Shown here: in pieces, positions 29,457-38,928 of the stretch
Layout: each line of letters starts with the position of its first letter
Position numbering within the stretch: position 1 is the stretch's first letter
Origin: an uncultured Acidobacteriota bacterium
GTDB lineage: Bacteria; Acidobacteriota; Vicinamibacteria; Vicinamibacterales; 2-12-FULL-66-21
Length of the DNA stretch: 64,000 bases
Direction of reading: 5' to 3'
NCBI GenBank assembly: GCA_963773005.1
Contig: CAVYZR010000007.1
Span: 31,891-95,890 of the forward strand
Made by a program: the position numbers and the translations under genes
The notes under the pieces: model-generated
What the model saw: only the letters and a program-made list of their open reading frames with translations
What the model was told of the DNA's origin: nothing
Databases searched by the model: none

Positions 29457-31926
29457 GCTCGAGCGATCCGGACACGCGGGCGACGCCTTGCGCCTCGACT
29501 TTGGTGGTTGTCGTCCAGGTTTGATGGTCGATCAGCACGAGTTGAACGTGGTGGGAGCCGACCCGTTGGCCGTCGAGTCGCAGCGGCGTCACGCCGACTT
29601 CTTTGCCGTCGACGAAGACCGTGGCGCCCTGGGGCCGCGAATCGACAACCAACTCGCCAGTCGAAGCGGCCAGCTTCGCGGCCACGGATGTGGGCTGTGG
29701 TTTCGGCGGCTCCGAGGGTTTGGACGGCGGCGTCTGCGACGCTCGAGGCTTCGGCGTCTCGCCTCTGGTCTTCTTCGCCGGACGCAGGGCCACATCGATC
29801 GTCTTGGAAGCCAAATCAGCCGACAGAGCGAACTGTTCCCGGGCAACCTCGTACCCCGGCTGAACGACACGCAGGTCGTACTTTCCGAACCTGAGAGGGT
29901 CTATCGTCAGCGGCGTCCGCCCTCTCCACCTTCCGTTGATGGTCACGGACGCCTTCGCCGGGTTGGATGTGACAACCAGCCGACCCGCGGTTGCGGCGCG
30001 CGCGGCGGCCGCCGGTGTCGACGCTGGTCGTGACGGCGGAATGCCGGTCGTTGGGGCCGCGGATGGTGGTGAGGAAGCCAGCGGCGGAGAAGGCTTCCCC
30101 GTCGCCACGATTTGTTCGGTGGCGGCCCTCGGCGTCGACGAGCCCGTCGTCGGCGCCTGAGCGCTTGGCGAAGACTGGCCCGACTGGGAGGGTGAAGTGG
30201 GCCGCTGAGTATCGGTCACCTCAGACGCAAGTTGCGGCTGCTCGCGGTTTCCCACGACGTAGCCCGCCGCGTAACCGATGACGAGCCCCAGCCCGAGAAC
30301 GAGCGCCAGTGGGAGCATCTCTAACCGCTGGCGCACCGGCCCTGCTTCTCCGAGCATCGGTGGCTGAATCTCCGGATCGATCGAATCGACTTCGCTGGCA
30401 AGCGGTGTCAGAAGCCGATCGTGACGCTCCGGAGAGGGCTTTTCAGGCACGCGTGTCCAGCCGCGATCCGGCTTGGCCGCAGCCGCCTCGCGGGCCCGGT
30501 ACTCGTCGACGGCCACGACGCGCTCGGAGATATCGGCCCGCGCCGGCTCGAGTTCGACGGCTTCGAGTACCCGCGATGTCACTTCCTGGAGTACCGGAGT
30601 CGCCGCGTCTTGGAGTACAGGAGCCGCCGCAACCTCCTCCGAGACGTCCGGAGTTGCAGTCGTCATGGCAGAAGGTGTCGGGTCGACACGCTCCTTTGAA
30701 AACTCTTGAACGGTCGGCGGCGCCTCTGCCGCGACTTCTGTGCGTGCCTCCTCGAAGAGGACGCCAGCCTGTGGGGCCGCTTCGGGAACGAAGTCCGAGG
30801 CCGCCTCCGAGTCGGCGACGACTTCGACAACCTTCTCCGGCTTCTTGGCTTGCCGCTTACGGGCGGCAATCACTTTACGCGCGACTTCCCGAGGCGAGTC
30901 GTCGAGCGATGGCTGGTTGGGCTCGGCTGCAAAGTCATCAAGGGCGCGTTCCGCATCCGGAGCCGTCAACTCCGTCAGGGACGGCGCGGCGGCCGACTCC
31001 ACGATGAAATCTGCGTCCGGCTGGATCAAGACCTCTGGGATCGGCTCGGAACTCGACGGCGACGCCTTCAAAGGCAATTCGGTCAGCACATCGAGGGGTT
31101 CAGTCGGGGCGATTCGCAGTTCCGGATCCACAGAAGGCTTGACTGAAACGCCTATGGCCGGGATCGCAGGATCGAATGCTGCTTCGGGGACTCCTGCGGC
31201 GTTCGCCAAGGCCACCGAAAACGCGAGCGCTGTTTCGTGTCGCTTGGCCGGGTCCTCATGCATCGCGCGAACGAGCACGGCGCGGACCTCATCGGCCCGA
31301 CCGCCAAGGGTTGCTCCGGTGAGTGGACCGATTTCGTCCCCGAGACCAGACGGGCGCCGTCCGGTCAGAAGCTCGAAAGCGATCACCCCGAGCGAGAACA
31401 CGTCGGCGGACGTGTTCCAGGGCCGTCCGGCGATTCGTTCGGGCGGGCTGTACGGTCGGCGCACGGGCGCGCGCAGGCCCATCCGCTCGAGTGCATCGAC
31501 CACGCCGAACCCCGTGGCGCGAGCTTCGTCCGGCGTCACGAAAATGTCGCGAGGGTGCAAGGCGCCGTGCCCCACTCCAGCACCTTTAGCAAAGTCGATC
31601 GCCGAAGCCAACTGGGTGATGAAGGGCAGCGCCTTTTCTATTGATGCCGGCGCGTAGTGCCGCATCGCCACGTCGAGCGATTCTGCGGCCACGTATTCTT
31701 CCGCCCGGTAGGCGACGGTCCCTTCGAGTCCGGCGGCGACGGGTTCGACGATGGAGGAATGGAAAAGGCCGACCTCCGCGGCTCGCGAGAGCTCGTCCGC
31801 AAGGGCGCGAGCCTGCTCGGGAGTGATGTCGAGGCGGAAGACTTTGACAGCGACGAGTCGATCTCTCGTGGGCTCGTATGTTCGAAACACGGGCCCAAGC
31901 GCGCCGACACCGATTTGATGCAGCAC
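29443..31926 (-). CDS. Ser/Thr kinase-like (probable pseudokinase) membrane protein with two C-terminal PEGA domains
   Basis: Kinase fold (GVGALGPVF, VAVKVF, SPPE) in which HRD is HGA (GHGALHPRDIF) and DFG is GFG. A long low-complexity linker follows, then a TM segment (LPLALVLGLGLVIGYAAGYVV) and two PEGA-like repeats. The GTG start at 31926 is uncertain. Confidence 0.8.
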   Translation of the reverse strand: MLHQIGVGALGPVFRTYEPTRDRLVAVKVFRLDITPEQARALADELSRAAEVGLFHSSIVEPVAAGLEGTVAYRAEEYVAAESLDVAMRHYAPASIEKALPFITQLASAIDFAKGAGVGHGALHPRDIFVTPDEARATGFGVVDALERMGLRAPVRRPYSPPERIAGRPWNTSADVFSLGVIAFELLTGRRPSGLGDEIGPLTGATLGGRADEVRAVLVRAMHEDPAKRHETALAFSVALANAAGVPEAAFDPAIPAIGVSVKPSVDPELRIAPTEPLDVLTELPLKASPSSSEPIPEVLIQPDADFIVESAAAPSLTELTAPDAERALDDFAAEPNQPSLDDSPREVARKVIAARKRQAKKPEKVVEVVADSEAASDFVPEAAPQAGVLFEEARTEVAAEAPPTVQEFSKERVDPTPSAMTTATPDVSEEVAAAPVLQDAATPVLQEVTSRVLEAVELEPARADISERVVAVDEYRAREAAAAKPDRGWTRVPEKPSPERHDRLLTPLASEVDSIDPEIQPPMLGEAGPVRQRLEMLPLALVLGLGLVIGYAAGYVVGNREQPQLASEVTDTQRPTSPSQSGQSSPSAQAPTTGSSTPRAATEQIVATGKPSPPLASSPPSAAPTTGIPPSRPASTPAAAARAATAGRLVVTSNPAKASVTINGRWRGRTPLTIDPLRFGKYDLRVVQPGYEVAREQFALSADLASKTIDVALRPAKKTRGETPKPRASQTPPSKPSEPPKPQPTSVAAKLAASTGELVVDSRPQGATVFVDGKEVGVTPLRLDGQRVGSHHVQLVLIDHQTWTTTTKVEAQGVARVSGSLERIRD

Positions 31927-32060
31927 CCGGAAGGGGCCAAAGGCTGGGGGCGGCGCAAATCCGGTCGAGTCGTCTCTGGTCAGTTACGGTGCTCCTGCTT
32001 CTTGGCGGCGGGCGCACGCGCCGCTGTCAACGTGAGAAAAAATGTAACACGGTTTCCCCA

Positions 32061-32111
32061 GGGTCAGATCTCGATTTTCTCCCCCAAGAAGAAAGAGTTG
32101 AAACTGGAACC
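32061..32111. repeat. Diverged second copy of the GGGTCAGATCTCGAT hairpin element
   Basis: gggtcagatctcgattttct is identical to 43351-43370. The right arm is degenerate (agaagaaagagttgaaactggaaccc versus agaagatcgagatctgaccc). Confidence 0.6.
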
Positions 32112-32157
32112 CTCGGACGCGCAACATGCGTCGAACCGTCGAGATGGTCGCCTTGAC

Positions 32158-33855
32158 ATGTTTTGCAGGGCTCTGAGAGAGTACGAGGCGGTGCAAGCGG
32201 AAACGACGTTCGCCGACGGCTCGACCCGCACTGCGATCGACGTGCGCCGTTTCAGCTGGATCCGGCCGCTCGCCGGCGACTACGCGTTCGACTTCGGCAA
32301 GGTCGCGGCGCTCTACGCCGGCGACCCGTCCTCCCGACAGGCCTGGAGCGACGCGATCGCCCGGACCCGAAGCCTGGCCCGCCCCAGCGCGTCTGTGGCG
32401 ACCCTTCTCGCCGCGCAGCAGGCCCGCCGCGGGGCTCCAGTCGCCGCTCGCGAAGCCGCGCAAAAACTCACCAACGCCGGAACGGTCGCAATTCTTACCG
32501 GGCAGCAAGCGGGGGCCTTTGGCGGCCCGCTCTTCACGCTGCTGAAAGCCATTACCGCCATCCAACTCGCCCGCCGGACCGCGCACGATCATCAGACCGA
32601 CGTCGTTTCGATCTTCTGGGTCGATGCCGAGGATCACGACTGGGACGAGATCGCGAGCTGTACGGTGCTCGATCCGGGCTTCCAGCCGCACACGATCGCG
32701 CTGCCGAAACCAGAGGGCGCGGGCGAGCGATCGGTCGCGGCGCTGACGTTGGATGCCCGGGTCGAGCACAGCCTCGACGAGCTCGCCAATGCGCTTGGTG
32801 AGAGCGAGTTTTCCGAAGCGCTGATGGCCACGCTTCGTTCCGCGTACCGGCCCGGCGCGGGCATGGCCGACGCCTTCGCGACGTGGCTCGAAACGCTGCT
32901 TGGGCCGTATGGTCTCGTCGTCTACGACTCGTCCGATCCGGCTGCCAAGCCGCTCGTCGCGGATCTCTTTGCGCGCGAGCTCGGTGCGGCCGGGCGCACC
33001 GCGGCGCTGGCCAAAGCGGCCGGCGAGGCCCTGACCACCCGTGGCCATCAGCCGCAAGTTGTTCCCCAGCCCGACAGCATCGGGCTCTTTCAGCTCGACG
33101 CGAGACTCGACGGCACGCGTCGGCCCATCCGTCGGCAGGGCGATCACTTCGTCGCAGGCGAGGCAACGTTCACAGTCGAGGCGCTCACGGAACAGGCACG
33201 GACGTCGCCGAATCTCTTCAGCCCGAATGTTCTGCTCCGTCCGCTCGTGCAGGACACGCTCTTTCCGACGATTTGCTACGTCGCCGGGCCGAGCGAGCTG
33301 GCCTACCTCGGTCAGCTTCGCGAGGTCTACGCGAGCTTCGGTGTCCCGATGCCGCTGATGTATCCACGCGCTACGGCGACCCTCGTCGACTCGGCAACGG
33401 CGCGGTTCCTGGCCAAGTACGACGTGCCGCTTGAAGCGTTTCAGCCTCAGGACGAATCGGCGCTCAATCGCCTGCTCGAGTCGCAGCTGCCGCAGTCCGT
33501 CGAGCAGGCCATCAAGGACGCCGAAGACGCGATGCGCCGGACGATGGAGCGAGTGGTCGAAGCGATGCCGGCCGTCGATCCGACGCTCGCCGGCGCAGCC
33601 CGGACGACGCTCGCGAAGATGGAACAGGATCTGCGCGGGCTTCAGAACAAGATGATTCAGGCGGCGAAACGCCGCGACGAGACCCTCCGGCGCCAGTTCA
33701 TGCGGGCGCAGGCTCAGATTTTTCCGCTCGGCCACGCGCAGGAACGAACGCTCGCTGCCGTCTACTTCCTCAATCGCTACGGTCCGGCAGTGATCGATCG
33801 GCTCCTGTCAGAGCTGCCACTCGAGCTGGGACAGCACTGGGTCATGACGATCTGA
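32158..33855 (+). CDS. bshC: Bacillithiol biosynthesis cysteine-adding enzyme BshC
   Basis: FSWIRPLAGDYAFDF..., GQQAGAFGGPLFTLLKAITAIQLA. I prefer the ATG at 32158. The track ORF start at 31657 would run through the divergent promoter region. Confidence 0.8.
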   Translation: MFCRALREYEAVQAETTFADGSTRTAIDVRRFSWIRPLAGDYAFDFGKVAALYAGDPSSRQAWSDAIARTRSLARPSASVATLLAAQQARRGAPVAAREAAQKLTNAGTVAILTGQQAGAFGGPLFTLLKAITAIQLARRTAHDHQTDVVSIFWVDAEDHDWDEIASCTVLDPGFQPHTIALPKPEGAGERSVAALTLDARVEHSLDELANALGESEFSEALMATLRSAYRPGAGMADAFATWLETLLGPYGLVVYDSSDPAAKPLVADLFARELGAAGRTAALAKAAGEALTTRGHQPQVVPQPDSIGLFQLDARLDGTRRPIRRQGDHFVAGEATFTVEALTEQARTSPNLFSPNVLLRPLVQDTLFPTICYVAGPSELAYLGQLREVYASFGVPMPLMYPRATATLVDSATARFLAKYDVPLEAFQPQDESALNRLLESQLPQSVEQAIKDAEDAMRRTMERVVEAMPAVDPTLAGAARTTLAKMEQDLRGLQNKMIQAAKRRDETLRRQFMRAQAQIFPLGHAQERTLAAVYFLNRYGPAVIDRLLSELPLELGQHWVMTI

Positions 33856-33863
33856 CGCGGACA

Positions 33864-33946
33864 GTTTGAAGTCTGACGCAGGAAGTCTGAAGTGAGGACG
33901 CTTGGAGTGGGAAGTTTGAAGTGGAAGTTCGAAGTTCGAAGTTACG
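33864..33946. repeat. GAAGT-word low-complexity tract
   Basis: gtttgaagtctgacgcaggaagtctgaagtgagg...gggaagtttgaagtggaagttcgaagttcgaagttacgc. No inverted partner was found nearby. Confidence 0.6.
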
Positions 33947-34043
33947 CTAGAAGCTATCCCAAAAAGAACTGTTCAAAAGCTTCTCACCGCAGAGAGCGCC
34001 GAGCTCGCAGAGAAAGACCACATCGCTGTGCATCCTCCGCGCA

Positions 34044-34138
34044 CTCATAGGCCCGATCCGCGTCGTCCGAGTGATCCGTGGCACTAGCAGGACCTATCTC
34101 ATAAACCCGATCCGTGTAGTCCGTGTGATCCGCGGCAA
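34044..34138. repeat. Two tandem 41-nt GATCCGYG-word units (family F)
   Basis: ctcataggcccgatccgcgtcgtccgagtgatccgtggcac and ctcataaacccgatccgtgtagtccgtgtgatccgcggcaa, period 54. An inverted third copy is at 46545-46582. Confidence 0.7.
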
Positions 34139-34165
34139 ATGTCCGTCGAAGCTTTGTCAAATTCG

Positions 34166-35621
34166 TCACAGCACTCCGAGCGCGGTCCTCAAGAGTTCTT
34201 CCGCGGCCCGTAACTTCTCGATTTTTGTCCGTATCCACTCCTTATCTCCAGCTAGGCACTCGCGTGACTGGGCGATGGCTTTCACGGTCTCAGACGGAGC
34301 GGGGCCACCCGGAGTGGTACGGATCCGCACGAAATACTCCGGGCTGAGCACCTCGGCCAGACGGGTTTGGTCGTATTCGATGGGCCGTCCCAGGTACTTC
34401 GCGCGTGATTTCACGCAGCAGGGCGTTTGCCGGCTCGCTTGGACGGCTGCCGGATTCAGTCACGAACTTCGCAGCGACGGCGTGGCCCTGCTTGAATGGC
34501 ACCTGATGTTCGCGAGTGAGCGTGTCGGCCAGCTCGGTGACGGTGATCCATCCCAGACGCGCACGCTCGGCCATGCGCTCGCGGTTGAACTCGGCGGTCG
34601 CCATTGCTGCCGCCACTAGCGTTACCGCGCGCGTCGCATCGTCGAACATCGACGCGACGAGCGGCTGCAGATCGTCCTCGGTGTCGACGATGTCGCCAAA
34701 GGGCGTGTTGTGGACGGTCAGCAGAATCGCGCCGGCCTGGCCGAGCGCCTTGCTGGCGAGCGAGCGGGCGTGCTCGAGGGCGACGGGGTTACGTTTCTGC
34801 GGCATGATGCTGCTCGACTGGACGAAGCCGTCCGCCAGCTGCAGATAGCCGACCTCCGCCGTGCACCAGAGCAAGAAGTCCTGGAGCACGCGACCCGTGC
34901 CGGCGAGCAGAACGGCGACCGCCGAGACGCTTTCGAGCAGGTAGTCCACGGTCGCAATGCTGCCGTAGGTGTTACCCGTCGCCGCGTCAAATCCCAGGAG
35001 CTCCGTCGTGCGTTGACGATCGATCGGGAACCCGGTCCCGGTGATGGCACATGCGCCCAGCGGATTGCGATTCGTCGAGGCGTAGGCGGCCTCCAGCCTG
35101 ACGGCGTCGCGCTCGAGCTGTTCGACGACGGCCAAGAGGTAGTGCGCGACGGTCGAGACCTGTGCCGGCTGAGTGTGCGTATGCGCGGCAAAGACGGTTT
35201 CGACGTGTCTGCCAGCCAGATCGAGGAGCACGCCCCGCAACCGCGCGACCGACTCCAGCACTCGCAGGATCATCTCGCGCTGCTGCATCCGGTACATCGT
35301 CATGTCGATGTCGTTGCGGGATCTCGCGGTGTGCAGCCTGCCGGCCTTGTCCGCGCCGCACGCGTCCACAATCAGCCGCTCGACGAAGAAGAACAGATCC
35401 TCGCAGCGACCGTCATATGCCGCGCACTTGACGTCGTCGAGCGAGACGTTGGCCAACGCGTCGCGAATGGCGACGGCATCGGCCCTGGAGACGATGCCCT
35501 GCTCGGCCAGCATCACGAGATGCGCGGAGTGGATCGTCATCAGGGGCGTCAGCAGCTGCGCCTTGGCATCTTCGAAGTTCTGACTTAGAACCAGACGAAT
35601 GTAGTCGGGATCGAAATGCAT
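34166..35621 (-). CDS. Argininosuccinate lyase-family (fumarate-lyase superfamily) enzyme, split by a +1 frameshift
   Basis: TARSRNDIDMT and SSIMPQKRNP signatures. Track ORFs 34290..35621 and 34166..34414 join as ...LLREITR/KYLGRPIEYDQTRLAEVLSPEYFV... near 34398-34406 (gcgcgcg context). Total length is 3n+1. It lacks the usual LWGGRF N-terminus, so I do not call it argH. Confidence 0.8.
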
Positions 35622-35894
35622 CTGTCAGTCGGCGGTCGGGAGTCGGTCAGTCACAGTCGGCAATCTGAGTCGTCAGTCCACGTCGGCGGTCCGAGTCAGT
35701 CCCAATCGACAGTCAACAGTCCGCGTCGTGCAGTCCCAAGTCAGGATTGTCAGCCCGAGTCTCAGACGAAGCGATTCCGGGTTCCGACTCGGACTGCACG
35801 ACTCGGACTGTCGACTCAGATTGTCGACTGCGATTGCCGACTCCCGACTGCCGACAGTCGACTGTCACAGTCGCTGTCTCTGTCACTGTCTCTG
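35622..35894. repeat. 273-bp CAGTCG/CGACTG-word imperfect palindrome filling the whole intergenic spacer
   Basis: The left arm ctgtcagtcggcggtcgggagtcggtcagtcacagtcggcaatctgagtcg... is mirrored by ...cgactcagattgtcgactgcgattgccgactcccgactgccgacagtcgactgtcacag. The centre is near 35775. Confidence 0.8.
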
Positions 35895-38813
35895 TCAGAA
35901 TGTAAACTTCACCCCCAGTTGCATCTGGCGCTGATCGTAGCCGCTCGTGGGTGGGAAGGGATCGGGCAGCGGCGCCGAGGGATTGCCAGCGGCATCAGTG
36001 GTCACGATTCGGTTGACGGCGGCGACATTCTCGGTATTGAAAAGATTCTTCGCTTCGAAAAAGAGTTCGATCTTTTGCTCGTTCGCCAGGGGAATGTACC
36101 GCGAGTAACGCACATCGAGGTAGACGACCTGGCCAAGCCGGCCGGTGTTGCGATCGGTACCGAGTGGGCGATCGTTGGTTTGCCCGTCGCGGTTGAGGTC
36201 GAGGTTCGAGCGAATGTTGAATGGCAGACCGCCGTTGGCTTGCATGATCAGACCGATCTGATTGTTGTTGAGAAGCGCCGTCTTCAGCCCGTTACCGGTA
36301 AACGATGGCGCGATGACGGTCGAGACGACGAACGTGTGCGCCTGGTGGAATGGTGTCACGCCCAGATCGCGGTCGAGGTTCGACGGGTCGGAGACGCGAT
36401 CATCGCCGCTGCCGACGACATATGTCCCGGTGAGCGGTGCATTGTCCTCGCCGTGCGCAAAGGTATAGGTCGCCTGCGCCTGCCAGCCGCTGGTCATGCG
36501 CTTGCTGAACGTCGCCGTGAACGCGTTGTAGGTGGACTCGCCGATCGACTGAAAGACGTTGACGTGATCGAACACCGGATCGATCCGGGTCCCGGATCCA
36601 ACGGTCGTCGAGTACACCGGCCGGCCGTCGCCGAGTGTCTGGCCGGTCGGAATCATGTTGACATCCATCAGCACCGGCAGGTTCCGGCCGATCGAGTTGA
36701 CGTACCCGACTGCGACAGACATGTCGCTCCGGATCGCCCGCTCGACCTGCACGTTGGTCAGCCAAGCGTACTGCGACGCGAACTCCTGATCGACGGCAGT
36801 GATGCTCTGCCGCGGCAGGGCAAACCCCGGGGGCACGTTCGCGAGGCTCGTTGGGAACGGCGGCGCTCCAGTCGAAGTGCCGGACACGGTGACGGTATAG
36901 GCGCGCGGATCGCCGTTGTTGAGGATGGCGTTGTCGTAGAAGTCGATGAGCGGCGGTTCGTACATCATCCCCATCGACGCGCGCAGCACCGTCCTGGCGC
37001 CCTCGTCGAGCGACCACGAGAAACCGAGGCGAGGTGCGAAGTTGTTCTTATCGATCGTGAAGTCCTGCGAGTACGGATTCGGGGCGAACGTCCTCGCCGA
37101 CGGCACGTCAAAGAGATCATAGCGAATGCCGTAGAGCAGCTTCATCCGCGAGCTCAACTGCCAGTCGTCCTGAACGAAGAATCCGTAGAACGCCGAATCG
37201 TAGGCGGCGGTCAAGTCGCCGAAATCCTGCTGCAGTGAGGTGTAGCCGAGCGGCGTCGACCCGCCCCGCGCGCTCAGATACGTGTCGTTGTTCGGGAAGG
37301 TATAGAAGAAGCGCTCGCCCCGAACACGATCGTCGGCGATGAACTGCGCGTCGATGCCCGCCTTGAATCCATGCTTGCCGCGAATCCAGGTCAGGTTGTC
37401 GATGACCTGCCAGATGCCCTGATTGAAGTCGAAGCCGGCTGACGTGGTGTCGCCGATGCGCGGGCCGCCGAAGTTCGCCACGCCCGTCACGGTGACAGCC
37501 GGCCCGTCAGCGGCGGTATCGGACAAGGTCCGGAATTGGTGCCGCCGCGCGTACTGGACGCGCAGCTCGTTGAGCTTGTCGCTTCCGAACGTCGAGACAA
37601 GCTGCGCTGACGCCGAATCCATCCGGTCGGTGAAGTCGGTGGCGCGGTCGGTCGTGGTGAGGCCGCCGCCGATGTTCGAGAGCGAAAAATTCTTGAACAG
37701 AAAGTACCGGGCCGACAGCCGGTTCGACGGGGTGATCTGATAGTCGGTCTTGCCAAAAAGAAAGTTGACCTTCTGATGTGCCGGAATCACGCCGCTGGCC
37801 GGCAGGTCGAGCCCAAGCGTCTCCGCGGCCGATGGCGTCACGGTGATGACCTGGGTGCCTGTGATCAGACTGCGGTCGACGAACTCATAGGCGCCGTAAT
37901 AGTGCCAGCGGTCCCTCACCACCGGACCGCCAAGCGTGAGCGTGACATCGTTCACCTCGGTGTCGGGCTTTAACGCCGTCGGCGCCAGGAAGAACGGGCG
38001 CGACGACATGTCGTTACGGCGAAAGCGAAAGCTCGCCGACCCGTCAAGGCGGTTGGTGCCCGACGGCGTGATGGCGTTGTAGACCATGCCCGTCGTCTGG
38101 CCGAATTCCGGCGCGAACCCGTTGGTGATGACCTTGACCTCGCGAACCAGCACCTCCGAGACGGGCAGCAGCCGCAGGCCGGCGCGGTCCTTCTCGGTAT
38201 TCGTGTTGCCGTCGATCTGGTAGTTGGTCCGCATCTGCGTGCCGTTGGCGTTGATCCGGGGCACGCCGAACTCGTTGTTCTCGAACCCGGTCACGTTGGC
38301 CTGCAGGAACGCGAAGTTGTAGGGATTGCGCGAAACGAGCGGGAGGTTCTTGATCTCGTTCTCGCCGATGGTGCGCCCGAGGTCGATCTTGCCGGGCTGC
38401 GCGACTGGAGATTCGCTGGTGACGCTCACCGTCTCGGACACGCTGCCGACACCCAGCTGAACATTGATGAGCGCGGTCTGGCCCGCAGAAAGCGTGATTC
38501 CGTGCTGCTCGAAGGTCTTGAATCCCTGCAGTTCCGCCACGATGCGGTAGCGGCCGAGCGGAAGGAGGATCGCGCGGTAGACGCCCTCGTCGTTGGTGAT
38601 CGAGGTCCGGGCCGTCCCGGTGTCCATGTTCGTCACGGTCACGGTGACCCCGGGCAGTGGGGCGTCGGTGGTATCGCGGACAATACCCTCGATGTTGCCG
38701 TTGGCAGCTTGCGCCTGCGCGGCCGCTGCCGCCGGCGCAACCAGCGCGATGAGCGCGCTCAGCACACCGACCGACAGCAGGCGAGACTGACCGCGAAAGT
38801 TGCTAGGAAACAT
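35895..38813 (-). CDS. TonB-dependent receptor with N-terminal carboxypeptidase-regulatory-like domain
   Basis: Signal peptide, then GNIEGIVRDTTDAPLPGVTVTVTNMDTG...YRIVAELQGF (CarboxypepD_reg), a plug, a beta-barrel and a C-terminal ...QLGVKFTF. GAGGAGG RBS plus ATG at 38813. Confidence 0.85.
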   Translation of the reverse strand: MFPSNFRGQSRLLSVGVLSALIALVAPAAAAAQAQAANGNIEGIVRDTTDAPLPGVTVTVTNMDTGTARTSITNDEGVYRAILLPLGRYRIVAELQGFKTFEQHGITLSAGQTALINVQLGVGSVSETVSVTSESPVAQPGKIDLGRTIGENEIKNLPLVSRNPYNFAFLQANVTGFENNEFGVPRINANGTQMRTNYQIDGNTNTEKDRAGLRLLPVSEVLVREVKVITNGFAPEFGQTTGMVYNAITPSGTNRLDGSASFRFRRNDMSSRPFFLAPTALKPDTEVNDVTLTLGGPVVRDRWHYYGAYEFVDRSLITGTQVITVTPSAAETLGLDLPASGVIPAHQKVNFLFGKTDYQITPSNRLSARYFLFKNFSLSNIGGGLTTTDRATDFTDRMDSASAQLVSTFGSDKLNELRVQYARRHQFRTLSDTAADGPAVTVTGVANFGGPRIGDTTSAGFDFNQGIWQVIDNLTWIRGKHGFKAGIDAQFIADDRVRGERFFYTFPNNDTYLSARGGSTPLGYTSLQQDFGDLTAAYDSAFYGFFVQDDWQLSSRMKLLYGIRYDLFDVPSARTFAPNPYSQDFTIDKNNFAPRLGFSWSLDEGARTVLRASMGMMYEPPLIDFYDNAILNNGDPRAYTVTVSGTSTGAPPFPTSLANVPPGFALPRQSITAVDQEFASQYAWLTNVQVERAIRSDMSVAVGYVNSIGRNLPVLMDVNMIPTGQTLGDGRPVYSTTVGSGTRIDPVFDHVNVFQSIGESTYNAFTATFSKRMTSGWQAQATYTFAHGEDNAPLTGTYVVGSGDDRVSDPSNLDRDLGVTPFHQAHTFVVSTVIAPSFTGNGLKTALLNNNQIGLIMQANGGLPFNIRSNLDLNRDGQTNDRPLGTDRNTGRLGQVVYLDVRYSRYIPLANEQKIELFFEAKNLFNTENVAAVNRIVTTDAAGNPSAPLPDPFPPTSGYDQRQMQLGVKFTF

Positions 38814-38928
38814 GACCCCTCCTCTTACCGTACTCCCTGATCCCAACATTACAGTACAATCCGATCAGCTCCCCTCTAAGACGTAGTAACCCTTTGGGCC
38901 GGTCCAGCCGAAAGATCTATCGATAGCT

